Position numbers and translations under genes: made by a program
Shown here: positions 35,493 to 45,042 of the stretch, piece by piece
How the letters are laid out: each line of letters starts with the position of its first letter
Position numbering within the stretch: position 1 is the stretch's first letter
Virus record (IMG/VR): IMGVR_UViG_3300046522_000297
Span: 50,008-114,007 of that record
DNA: 64,000 nucleotides
From: a virus
Strand: one strand, 5' to 3'
The notes under the pieces: generated by a model
The model's input: the letters and a program-made list of their open reading frames with translations, nothing else
Databases searched by the model: none
Told to the model about the DNA's origin: nothing

Positions 35493-35777
35493 CTAGACGC
35501 CACGTGAGTTATTGCAATGATTCTCGTTGACTGCGTCAAGGAACTTACATAGTAAGCACCATACCTTTACGCCTTCGTCCCTACCCCTAGCAGACCGAGA
35601 ACTCATTGTTTCCGTATCCTTACCTCCAGTAGCAGCGTTCAGTAAGCGGTCGGAGGCAACGATCATCCTCCAAGCCCGCTCACTTCCCACCAGGATTGCT
35701 ACAAAACCCCAAATAAAGGATACGACGTAGATTAATCCACAGCCCAGCCACAAGAGCAGTAAAACGAATCTATTCAT
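35493..35777 (-). CDS. small membrane protein
   Basis: TM + DRLLNAATGG..ETMSSR...LC.FLD...NHC. Confidence 0.65.
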   Translation of the reverse strand: MNRFVLLLLWLGCGLIYVVSFIWGFVAILVGSERAWRMIVASDRLLNAATGGKDTETMSSRSARGRDEGVKVWCLLCKFLDAVNENHCNNSRGV

Positions 35778-35786
35778 ATTAACACC

Positions 35787-36485
35787 TTATTTGGGCCAGC
35801 CTTCGTTAATATTCAGAGTGTTCAGGTCTGAGATATTAGTAGCAGCGGTCACAGCCGCCTTCAAACCCTTTGCAAACTCATGAAGAGCATTCGCATGTAA
35901 AGCCAGAGCTACTGGTAAAGCAAGGATCTCTGTGCCTTCGAAAGTCATAGTGGTATTATCCTGACACGTCCAAACGATAAAAAAAGTTTGTCCGTTCAGG
36001 GCAGCGATTTGAGCAGCTTGAACAGCAGTGTTTATTCGTTGAACACTACGTTCGTCAGAGTCAAAAACCTTGCCTTTATACGTGAAACCTGAGGCTTCCA
36101 ATTGATCACGCTTGGTATTAATGTCAATGATTTTTTGAGCTTTAGCTTCTTCCAAGGTCAGAGGCCTACTTACAGTCACGCTGTTCTCAACCCCGACGAG
36201 ACCTTTAACCAAGTTCATAGAGGTGTCAACTGTAGAGCTCTTAATCTTTTCCTGAAGATCAAACCACGCAGTTGGGCAGAATGCCATTATGTAGTCTACC
36301 AAGGCTTGCCCAGTTGGGACCGGAACGGGAAGAGTGACTAGGTAGTCTGTACGGTAAAGCCTAGGAGTACCATCTGGATTCCATGCAGAAACTAAGGAAG
36401 ACTCCGGTAGGCTATCTGAGTAATAGCGCACTAGTACCTGATGTTCTTCAGGGATGGTATTTATGATTTTGTATTTTATGTCCAT
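35787..36485 (-). CDS. tail fiber assembly-associated protein (DUF4376-like C-terminus)
   Basis: AKAQKI..IN.KRD...GFTYKG..FDSD..S..RI...WTCQDN. Confidence 0.7.
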   Translation of the reverse strand: MDIKYKIINTIPEEHQVLVRYYSDSLPESSLVSAWNPDGTPRLYRTDYLVTLPVPVPTGQALVDYIMAFCPTAWFDLQEKIKSSTVDTSMNLVKGLVGVENSVTVSRPLTLEEAKAQKIIDINTKRDQLEASGFTYKGKVFDSDERSVQRINTAVQAAQIAALNGQTFFIVWTCQDNTTMTFEGTEILALPVALALHANALHEFAKGLKAAVTAATNISDLNTLNINEGWPK

Positions 36486-36486
36486 A

Positions 36487-37410
36487 TTAAGTACTTGAAG
36501 TTGATCCTACTAAAGTTCCATTAGAGACGAACTTGACTAAAGAAGTCCCTTTTACACTATACCCCGATGGGCCGTCGTCTCCATCGCTAGAGTAATAGGT
36601 AGTCCCTGCAGCACCTGCCGGTCCCCCCGATCCGTTAGGCCAGTTGGTGATGATAATGCCCGGTGAATAAGTAGATCCCGTTATACCTGCACTACCGGGT
36701 CTACCCACAGTACCTCCAGGCCCGCCATATCCCCCCGCCGCAGTACCCGTGTTGTTATTAGGCCCGCCACCGTAAGCTCCATTCATATACCATTGACCTG
36801 TTCCCCCGTTACCTCCGGGATTATAAGTCCATAGAGAAGAGTTACCGGGATCGGAAGCCATAGCCCATCTTGAGCCACCGCCACCGCCACCGCCACCTCC
36901 GCCACCATCCCCTCCGTAACCTATGGCCCCATCGCCGCCATAGCCACCAGGTCCACCAGAGATAGTTCCAGAGTTATCTATCGCAAGGAGATACTGAACT
37001 TTGATACCAGGAGCTCCCATTCCACCATCTCCAGCGTCATAAGCGAATCCGTTAGTACCCCTAGCCCCGCTAGAGCCGTTCTGGGCAAAAGTAACGCCAG
37101 AACCACTGCCTCCGCTACCTCCGCTACCTCCGATCCCGCTGTTAGCTAGGATTGGAACTCCGTTAGAACCTTTTACTCCTCGACCACCCTTTATAGTCCC
37201 AGTGTTCTTGAGGAATAGTTGAGAAGCAGCGTGCCAGCCAGTCCCAGTGTCAAGAGCGGGAGTACCGCTACCATCTGTACTTGTCAGGGTACCAGTAGCG
37301 ACGCACGAAACTCTAACGGGTCCGATAGGGTTGCCGGCAGCAGTTCTCATGTTATAGTTAGAAGTGTTACCTGGAGTTAACACTATAGTTCGCATTGGTA
37401 CACAAAACAT
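36487..37410 (-). CDS. glycine-rich tail fiber protein
   Basis: Extensive Gly repeats, I.N.GTI.GG motifs. Confidence 0.7.
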   Translation of the reverse strand: MFCVPMRTIVLTPGNTSNYNMRTAAGNPIGPVRVSCVATGTLTSTDGSGTPALDTGTGWHAASQLFLKNTGTIKGGRGVKGSNGVPILANSGIGGSGGSGGSGSGVTFAQNGSSGARGTNGFAYDAGDGGMGAPGIKVQYLLAIDNSGTISGGPGGYGGDGAIGYGGDGGGGGGGGGGGSRWAMASDPGNSSLWTYNPGGNGGTGQWYMNGAYGGGPNNNTGTAAGGYGGPGGTVGRPGSAGITGSTYSPGIIITNWPNGSGGPAGAAGTTYYSSDGDDGPSGYSVKGTSLVKFVSNGTLVGSTSST

Positions 37411-37778
37411 TACATGTTCCTTATGTATGAAACGTAGATATTAGTCCCGTCACAAATACCTGATATTAGGTCTACGGCATTTGCTGCGGTTGATAGCACT
37501 GGTGCTACTTTCTCAGGCCAGTGGAATACGCTACCCCACGAAGTTACTGTTCTATTCCCCGTAGCATCTTGCCTTACGAAGAGAGAGACTCCGCCTACTT
37601 TTAAGTTTGTAGGGTTATTAATAACTCGATTTCCACTAAGAGTAACCGTAGCTATATTTCCCTTGCTGATGTTCCAGTCTATATTCGCTGCATCAGTCAG
37701 CGTTTGAGAAACGTCTGGAGTCGCAGTAGTGCCAGTGCCACCACTATAGGTCCCAGATCCTGATAATGATCTTCCCAT
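37410..37778 (-). CDS. tail fiber-associated protein
   Basis: LTDAANIDW...VRQDATGNRTV.SWG..F.WP...PVLSTAANAVD. Confidence 0.65.
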   Translation of the reverse strand: MGRSLSGSGTYSGGTGTTATPDVSQTLTDAANIDWNISKGNIATVTLSGNRVINNPTNLKVGGVSLFVRQDATGNRTVTSWGSVFHWPEKVAPVLSTAANAVDLISGICDGTNIYVSYIRNM

Positions 37779-37898
37779 TTGTTTATCCTTGTTGTTATAG
37801 CAGATTGCCTGCCATTTTATAAAAGTATTTTAACCAGTTAAGCTATATGTTCAAAATAAAACCCTCCGAAGAGGGTTTGTGTTAAGAATTTAAGAAAG

Positions 37899-39761
37899 TT
37901 ATATACCTATCGCCGTTCTAGATATCCTTAGATTCGCAACATCAGTGGTACCAGAAGTGGTCGCATCGTTGGAGGATGCTGCGGGTATCAGTCCTACTCT
38001 AAGATGCGCTACATTGGCGGAGGCTGCTTTATGAGCAACTAAAAATTCCCCCCAAGAGGTAGGTATATTAGTAGTTCCATAAAATGAATTCGATATAAAG
38101 GTACCTGAGCTATCATATTCCTGAACTATAACTGCAAATGACGTGGCAGTATTCTTCTTAATAGATAGCTTTACAAATAATCGAGAACCCACAGTTACGG
38201 GTATAAAGCTATTAATAGTATGCTGCCGTATATTAGACGTCGTATCATCATTTATCGTAACAGCTTGTGGTGCACCAAGGGGCTTCGTAGCGGCTACCGT
38301 GGTAGTTACGGCAGGATCTACGAAATATTTGAGTTTATTAGTAGTACTATCTATATCTAGCCATGGATTTGGATTCAGATTTACGTATCCACCCGAATTC
38401 ACAAAATTCCCATAAACTGAGGCATCTGCAAACCCGGGGCAGTATAAATAGTCCTGTCCGTTTTCATCTGGATTTATACCTTTAACATGGTTCACTCCCT
38501 GGATCTTAACTCCCAATGAAGCATTTTTACTACGGTTACCGGTTATTGTGCAACCAGACGCCCCTAATGGAATAGTACCATCGGTTCTACCAGTGCCGGA
38601 TTCTATAGTAGCTATGTGAGCTCCTATGTTTTCCCCGTAATTATTTATACTTTCGCAATTGATCCCGTTGAGAATTCTAAATGCATTGGTAGTAATGTTC
38701 TTTACGATGTTATCGTATATACGCACTCCAATCGAAGGATGCCCTATTCCGCTCTCCTGTGTTCTACCGTAGTCTGTTACGAATACCCCAGAAACTACTT
38801 TACCGCCGCCATTACATACGTTATGACCTATGTTTATTCTCTCACCTTGAACTTCTATGAAATCAGTAAAAGTACCTGGCCCCGTATAAGAGGATTCTAC
38901 GACGCATAGGTTATCGGATATAATCCCGTCGAAACTTCCGTCAACGCTGTGGTGACAGTCATACATATTTTTAGTATGATTACCTCTTATTAGGAAATGT
39001 GCACATCCACGTTTTATATCAGCCAACGTTCTGATGGATTCGGCGGTATTATCATTGATATTTATATATCTAAAATTAACGGTACTATACCCATTACCTG
39101 CCGATGAATAATCCCAAGTTTGTTCAAATCTCACTGCATCCATAGATACTACCCCGGATACCCCTCCTAGAGATCTCTTATCTGGATTCGTTATAAATTT
39201 ACAACGAGTAACACTAATATTAGAACCTGAAGCAGAAACGTCTGTAGCTATGAACCTTATAAAATGATCCTGGGCATCTTGCATGGAGCAGTTAGTTACA
39301 GTGAACCCGTTTAAGGTTTCACCAGACCCCAGTTCAATAGAAATGATTGCATTATATTGATATCCGGGGTTGGCGACTCTTCTGCCATCGAACTTCAGAT
39401 TTCTTATATGAAAATTTAACAAAGATCCTGCGCCTGCTGCCTTGGATATACCCGCTTGAGATGTAGACACTTGGGTTTGTAATAGGGTACCAGTACCGTC
39501 TAATGTCACATTACTTTTAGGAGTAATCTGGCTAAACGAATAGTTTCCGTCAGGGATAATAACTAATCCTCCTCCTGCCAGATTAGAAGTATTTATAGCA
39601 GCTTGAATAGCAGCGGTATCATCTGTTACCCCATCTCCTTTAGCCCCAAAGTCCTTGACATTGATAATATCTCCAAACTTGTCCTTAAGGGTTCTCTCTA
39701 CGGAATTTGTAAGGTCGGATTTGTGTTTAATTAGTTCAGTTGAAAGTTTAGTTAATGACAT
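37899..39761 (-). CDS. tailspike / depolymerase (beta-helix)
   Basis: INVKDFGAKGDGVTDDTAAIQAA; start set at MSLTK by analogy with paralogs. Confidence 0.85.
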   Translation of the reverse strand: MSLTKLSTELIKHKSDLTNSVERTLKDKFGDIINVKDFGAKGDGVTDDTAAIQAAINTSNLAGGGLVIIPDGNYSFSQITPKSNVTLDGTGTLLQTQVSTSQAGISKAAGAGSLLNFHIRNLKFDGRRVANPGYQYNAIISIELGSGETLNGFTVTNCSMQDAQDHFIRFIATDVSASGSNISVTRCKFITNPDKRSLGGVSGVVSMDAVRFEQTWDYSSAGNGYSTVNFRYININDNTAESIRTLADIKRGCAHFLIRGNHTKNMYDCHHSVDGSFDGIISDNLCVVESSYTGPGTFTDFIEVQGERINIGHNVCNGGGKVVSGVFVTDYGRTQESGIGHPSIGVRIYDNIVKNITTNAFRILNGINCESINNYGENIGAHIATIESGTGRTDGTIPLGASGCTITGNRSKNASLGVKIQGVNHVKGINPDENGQDYLYCPGFADASVYGNFVNSGGYVNLNPNPWLDIDSTTNKLKYFVDPAVTTTVAATKPLGAPQAVTINDDTTSNIRQHTINSFIPVTVGSRLFVKLSIKKNTATSFAVIVQEYDSSGTFISNSFYGTTNIPTSWGEFLVAHKAASANVAHLRVGLIPAASSNDATTSGTTDVANLRISRTAIGI

Positions 39762-39765
39762 AGTT

Positions 39766-41247
39766 TTAAAGTATTTCACAAGATACATTGAACGGTCCCC
39801 CAGAAGCAGGCACCGCGTTCACCACCGTTATGGTAAATCCACCAGTAGTCTTCGTAGCTACGAAGGGGATGGCTGCTGCCGCAGTAGTATTTCTAGGGAA
39901 GATATTGATAGCAGAGTAAAATCCCATGACGTTACCGTTGGTAACCACCGTGGACCCTCCTGCCGCAAGCCCTGCCAGATTAACAGCAAGTATCAATGCA
40001 TCGGGACTCAGCTTACTAGTTCTAACGGTGACTCCCGAGCCGGAAGCGCTGAAGGGTCCGAAACTGTTACCGACAAGATTACTATCCGTCAATGAGCAAT
40101 CGTTGCCCGCAGTAAAGTTGACCCCGTAATCATGGTTATTAATAGCGGTGACCCCAGATACCCTGACGTTATCCGTATTAAAGGAGTAAACTCCAGAACC
40201 AGTAACAGCACCTTCTAGTCTATTAGAACCCTTGACTTGTACTTTGGTAGCTCCGTCACTGATGTTTATGCAATTATTGTATGCACCGTTTACAGTGATG
40301 TTAACTAATTCAAAATTAGTAGTATTTCCACCAACTGAAACACCATTGTGAGTTGATCCTGAGGTAGCGGCCTGCCCTGCGTTCAAAACGGTGATGTTAA
40401 CACCACGACTGTACGAAGCAGGTTTCCCAGTATGACCAAAGTTAACACCGTTGTTAAATTGGTTGTTTTTACTTACGATGTTACAAGCTGTGGAATAGGT
40501 ACTATCCAGAACAACACTAGACGCTCCACAGTTTTCAGCATGGATACCATCTATAATGTTGCCCACCCCTCCTGCACCGCTTATGGAAACCGCAGACCAG
40601 CCATTAGATCCATCACCTAAGGCGTTGATTCTTCTTATAGAGCAGTTAAGGCTGGCACCGTCGAAGTATATACCTTCCCTCTGCCACACACTTAAAAAGA
40701 TATCGTGAGCGTGACACCTAACTCCGTCTACGAAAACTACACAGCCTTGGCTGGCTACGACCCCGTTACTCGATGTGTATTTATTGTTGCCTAGTTTTCT
40801 AACGTTGATTCTACAATCCGTAGGCTTTACGAATTTAATGAGACCTTGTCTATCACCAATTTGGTTAGCTGAATTTCCGTCGATCTCTCCTGAGCCCGAA
40901 ATCATTATGTTAGAATTCCCATTTGTAGTATCCACATTAACGAACATATACGAATCGCTCGACGTATTAGGTTTCCGTAGACATTTTCCGTCTATAACTA
41001 GGACAACGTTAGAGGGGATACTGACAGTATCTATAACGTAGGTATACCCCGCCGGGAATGCGATTTTTGAAAATGCGGAAACTGCGGATTGAATAGCAGC
41101 GGTATCATCAGTAACACCATCCCCCTTAGCCCCAAAATCCCTTACGCTTACAAACTCGTCGAGCTTATCCTTAGAGGTTCTCTCAGAAGAACCTATCGGA
41201 AAGGCTTTATATCTTATTAATTCTGCCGAAATTTTTGTAGTTGACAT
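39766..41247 (-). CDS. tailspike / depolymerase (beta-helix)
   Basis: VSVRDFGAKGDGVTDDTAAIQSA; parallel beta-helix repeats. Confidence 0.85.
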   Translation of the reverse strand: MSTTKISAELIRYKAFPIGSSERTSKDKLDEFVSVRDFGAKGDGVTDDTAAIQSAVSAFSKIAFPAGYTYVIDTVSIPSNVVLVIDGKCLRKPNTSSDSYMFVNVDTTNGNSNIMISGSGEIDGNSANQIGDRQGLIKFVKPTDCRINVRKLGNNKYTSSNGVVASQGCVVFVDGVRCHAHDIFLSVWQREGIYFDGASLNCSIRRINALGDGSNGWSAVSISGAGGVGNIIDGIHAENCGASSVVLDSTYSTACNIVSKNNQFNNGVNFGHTGKPASYSRGVNITVLNAGQAATSGSTHNGVSVGGNTTNFELVNITVNGAYNNCINISDGATKVQVKGSNRLEGAVTGSGVYSFNTDNVRVSGVTAINNHDYGVNFTAGNDCSLTDSNLVGNSFGPFSASGSGVTVRTSKLSPDALILAVNLAGLAAGGSTVVTNGNVMGFYSAINIFPRNTTAAAAIPFVATKTTGGFTITVVNAVPASGGPFNVSCEIL

Positions 41248-41300
41248 AGTTATCTTTACGAAAAAGAGGCCTCGAAGGGCCTCTATTATTTTAGGTGAAC

Positions 41301-43034
41301 TTACAGCCCAGTTATAACTTCGGAAGCTGGATTTGACCCAATGTTATTCATATACTCTACCAAGACCGTTGCAGTAGTAGTCCCATACGCACTAGGTATA
41401 TTTAACTGAAGGTCTACCGTATTGTCACCGTTACGGATCATAGTAGCCGTAATAGTCCCCAGCGCGCTACCGCCAGTGTTGGATACCGCCGTAGCATCCC
41501 CGATCTTTGATATAGTCTGTGACGCCGTAGCTTCTTTATAGCATGCAAACTGATAAGTTTGAGCTCCTACGAAGCCGATATCCGGGTTATAACTATTAAG
41601 TAACATCACCGTAATTTTACCGAAACAATTAGAGCCGTATGAGCTATTGTCAATTCTAATAACAGACTGAGCACTCCCCCCCGTGAGAGATTTAGTGTAT
41701 ACGAAGTTTTTGATATTACTCACCCCATCATATCGGCTAGTGCCATAACGGTTGATGTATCTCGTTCCACTTTCATCACGGATAGTAAGCAGAGAGTTTG
41801 CATCAGAAACATACCACCAATTAGTACCTCCGATTTCTACAGGCTTTCTAATATTATCTAATATAACGGTAGCCCCCGTAGAAGCTGAGAGTTGTCCATA
41901 GGTACCTCCAGCATTACCAGGGTTAGCGATTCCTAGCCAGGTATTGGTGAAGGTAACCCTTGTCCCGGCATCTGAGAACTGGTAAGGGAAATACGACCCA
42001 GGTGCGGACCCTACCTTGTAAATTATAAGTGCTCCACCGACTACGGTAACTTCGGCCCCGTTAACGGCTTGGACAATACGGCTGAAGGACTCAGCACCGC
42101 ATCCCGTCATTGAAATGACTGAGTTATCAAAATAATAGCAACGGTCAACACTATCTGCAGAACACGAGGTCATGGAACTATAGTTCAGGTTAGTGAAAGT
42201 GTACCCCGTTCCTCCAGCACTGCTCTTACCGTCGACTGCGACGTTTTTAAATCCATTGCTAGTGCCCGTATTAATATTGAAATGATCTTTGCTAAAACGT
42301 GACCGAATTTTAACCCACTCAATCTGCCACATATCGAAGCCCTTTATGAAGAACTTTGAGTAGTTACAGAACAGACTTTCGAACGACGAATAGCAAACCC
42401 GCTGCCCGTGGAAAACCCCAACGCTACCATCAGACGGTAGATCGAAACTACAGTTAATTATATTGAAATCGGTCAAATAACTTTCGTTAGGACAAATTAA
42501 GTTAAAAACTACAGGTTGATCCCATGTTAAGGTTTGTACAACCCCGTTGGAATCCGTGTAGGTACGGGTTACCACATTAGTAGTTAAAGAGGTTTTCTTA
42601 AATGTGGTCTTTCTTTTTTCACCATAGACGTTCACATCGGAGGTAATATTAATTGGAGTATCTATTAGAAACGTACCTACTGCATATATATTCTTGTAAG
42701 CGTTTATAGCGCTTTGAATAGCTGAGCTACTAACGGTTGTCCCAGTGGGGTCTGCGCCAAACCATTCCACGTTTACAGCGCCGCTAAATACTCTCTTCCA
42801 TCTTTTGCCGTTACCGGAAACGATAGTAGTGCCGCCATTGTCCACAGACGTAGTATCAGAATCGTTCCTAACAAAATTTCCGGCAATACCTGACTTCGTG
42901 ATATACACGGAAGTCTGGGCCCCTTCGTACAGACGTAGAGCTACATAGTCGTTTAGACGTAGGGTGTTTAGGGAACCTTCCACGGTGTCAGTACCGTGGG
43001 TGATCATACTGCTTTTGGCTTTTGTTAATGACAT
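41301..43034 (-). CDS. tailspike / depolymerase
   Basis: Head domain ending DNGGTTIV..NGKRWKR, VNVEWFGA. Confidence 0.85.
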   Translation of the reverse strand: MSLTKAKSSMITHGTDTVEGSLNTLRLNDYVALRLYEGAQTSVYITKSGIAGNFVRNDSDTTSVDNGGTTIVSGNGKRWKRVFSGAVNVEWFGADPTGTTVSSSAIQSAINAYKNIYAVGTFLIDTPINITSDVNVYGEKRKTTFKKTSLTTNVVTRTYTDSNGVVQTLTWDQPVVFNLICPNESYLTDFNIINCSFDLPSDGSVGVFHGQRVCYSSFESLFCNYSKFFIKGFDMWQIEWVKIRSRFSKDHFNINTGTSNGFKNVAVDGKSSAGGTGYTFTNLNYSSMTSCSADSVDRCYYFDNSVISMTGCGAESFSRIVQAVNGAEVTVVGGALIIYKVGSAPGSYFPYQFSDAGTRVTFTNTWLGIANPGNAGGTYGQLSASTGATVILDNIRKPVEIGGTNWWYVSDANSLLTIRDESGTRYINRYGTSRYDGVSNIKNFVYTKSLTGGSAQSVIRIDNSSYGSNCFGKITVMLLNSYNPDIGFVGAQTYQFACYKEATASQTISKIGDATAVSNTGGSALGTITATMIRNGDNTVDLQLNIPSAYGTTTATVLVEYMNNIGSNPASEVITGL

Positions 43035-43101
43035 ATTATATTATCTTTACGAAAAAGAGGCCTCGAAGGGCCTCTAGTATTTTAGATGAACTTATCTTAT
43101 A

Positions 43102-44997
43102 TTAATTAACTTCACCGCTGGAAGAACGAGTCACGATTACGCCCAAGCTTCCACTAGCAAGATCTATAGCGGCAGCAGTCGGGTTGTAGAAATATACAGT
43201 AACAACGCCTGAAGCGGTGACTTGCCCCCACATCTGAATACCCTGTAAGGGATTTGGGAACATCACCTGCACCGGCTCACCAACTAAAGCGTTATTCACG
43301 TTTAGAGTGGTGCTAGTGCTAGCTCCAGCAGCCAAGCTAGGCGGATCATAAGTCTTACTTGCCAGACGATTTGTAGGGTACAGGAATCCACTGTAGTTGG
43401 TGGTGATCGTGCCGCCATTCACCTTAAACAGGTTCTGCTGGATGAAGTTGTTGCTTTCTGCCGAGAGGTTCGTTCCGGTGATGCAGCGGGTACGTGTTAC
43501 ATTGGTTTGGGCGTAATGCACATTATTTGTGATACGAGAATACGTAAAACCACAGTTACGTATAAGGATATCATCGTCATTTACGATGGCCGAATTCACG
43601 GTCAGCGGGGTGCCGAAGCGATTGCCGTCGATAATGCATCCCGAGAACTGACAATTGGTAAAGCCCCCAGTGCTCTCGACGCATAGACTATATTCAGTCA
43701 GCAGGCCTGGCTGAGTCACAAACACATTGCCGGTGAACATGAAGCTGAAAACTTCGCTCGACGACGGTGTCACGAGGTTGACGTGTTTGGCCTTGACCGG
43801 CTGGCCGACCGTGCCTACCGCAAGGACGCAACTGAACGTGTTGTCCTTGATCTTAAGGCCCGGACAGTTTAGCGCCTTGAGGCCGTTGTTGACAACGATG
43901 GTGCGCGCTTGGTCGATATCGCTCCGAAGCCAGTTCTCGTTGATGATCGTGCCATAGCACTGTTTCAGATAGATCTGAGCCTGTCCGTTAGTGTTCTTGA
44001 CCTTGGTACGGCTGATCATCAGATTTTCATCAAAGCTACAGATAATATTAGCCATGCCGAGATCAGTAGCGGGGTAGGCTGCGTCCGTCGTGCCGCTGGC
44101 ACCGTTGCCGACGATGTCGCATTGCTCGATCAGCGTCCCCACCGTATCGTAGGTGAAGATGCCCGCCTTGTCACATAGATAAGCTACGCAGTTGACGATT
44201 TTGTTGGTTTGTGTCTGGTCAAGATAGAAGCCGTGGCCGCAACTGTGGACAATGACATCACGGAAGACGTTCTGCAAACCCTGGACGCAGATGACACCGG
44301 CAGCAGCTATGTTCGCGTCTCCGTTGTGCCCACGGTCCTCAATGCCCCGGAAATTGCGAATCCACACACGCTCCACTACCATGCCCTGTGGTGCCCAGGC
44401 CCCTGTATCGAATGCTGGGTCGATGAAGTTAAGCGCATGGCCATTGCCAGCAGCGCCAGTCAAACCATTTCCATTAAACTGAAGATCTTGAATCAGGCTA
44501 TTTTGTGTGCCATCTGGATAGGCTGTCTTGATAAGCGACCCCCCAATGACCTTGGAATTGAGAATCGACTGCGTCATGCCATCCCCAATCATACCGCCGG
44601 GCTGCGGAACGACCAAAGTACGGCTAATGTTGTAGCTTCCCGTAGGCACGTAGACCCGCTTGCTGGTCGCAAGCGCGGCCTCAAATGCGCTCGTGTCATC
44701 CGTCCCCGTCCCTAGAGCGCCAAACCACTTGACGTTTACGGGCCCGGAAAAGTCTCGTTTCCATCGCTTACCGTTCAATGCCACTATAGTAGTGCCTCCG
44801 TTATCAACAGAGGTAGTATCCGAATCATCCCTTACGAAATATCCGGAAATCCCAGCCTTAGTGACGTACACAGTAGTCTGAATACCCGAATATACTCTAA
44901 GGGTCGCATAGTCGGTTAAACGTATGGCATTTAAAACACCTTCCACGGTATCGCTACCGTGGGAGATCATATAACTTTTTTCTCTTGTTAGTGACAT
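43102..44997 (-). CDS. tailspike / depolymerase with GC-rich catalytic body
   Basis: Same head domain; VNVKWFGA..DDTSAFEAA. Confidence 0.85.
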   Translation of the reverse strand: MSLTREKSYMISHGSDTVEGVLNAIRLTDYATLRVYSGIQTTVYVTKAGISGYFVRDDSDTTSVDNGGTTIVALNGKRWKRDFSGPVNVKWFGALGTGTDDTSAFEAALATSKRVYVPTGSYNISRTLVVPQPGGMIGDGMTQSILNSKVIGGSLIKTAYPDGTQNSLIQDLQFNGNGLTGAAGNGHALNFIDPAFDTGAWAPQGMVVERVWIRNFRGIEDRGHNGDANIAAAGVICVQGLQNVFRDVIVHSCGHGFYLDQTQTNKIVNCVAYLCDKAGIFTYDTVGTLIEQCDIVGNGASGTTDAAYPATDLGMANIICSFDENLMISRTKVKNTNGQAQIYLKQCYGTIINENWLRSDIDQARTIVVNNGLKALNCPGLKIKDNTFSCVLAVGTVGQPVKAKHVNLVTPSSSEVFSFMFTGNVFVTQPGLLTEYSLCVESTGGFTNCQFSGCIIDGNRFGTPLTVNSAIVNDDDILIRNCGFTYSRITNNVHYAQTNVTRTRCITGTNLSAESNNFIQQNLFKVNGGTITTNYSGFLYPTNRLASKTYDPPSLAAGASTSTTLNVNNALVGEPVQVMFPNPLQGIQMWGQVTASGVVTVYFYNPTAAAIDLASGSLGVIVTRSSSGEVN

Positions 44998-45042
44998 AAC
45001 ATAGGTTTCATGAAAAAGGCCCGAAGACCCTATTTAAATCGA

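Noticed and set aside
36487-37410. GCC/CCG-rich DNA repeats
   Set aside because: Explained by poly-Gly coding in a tail protein.
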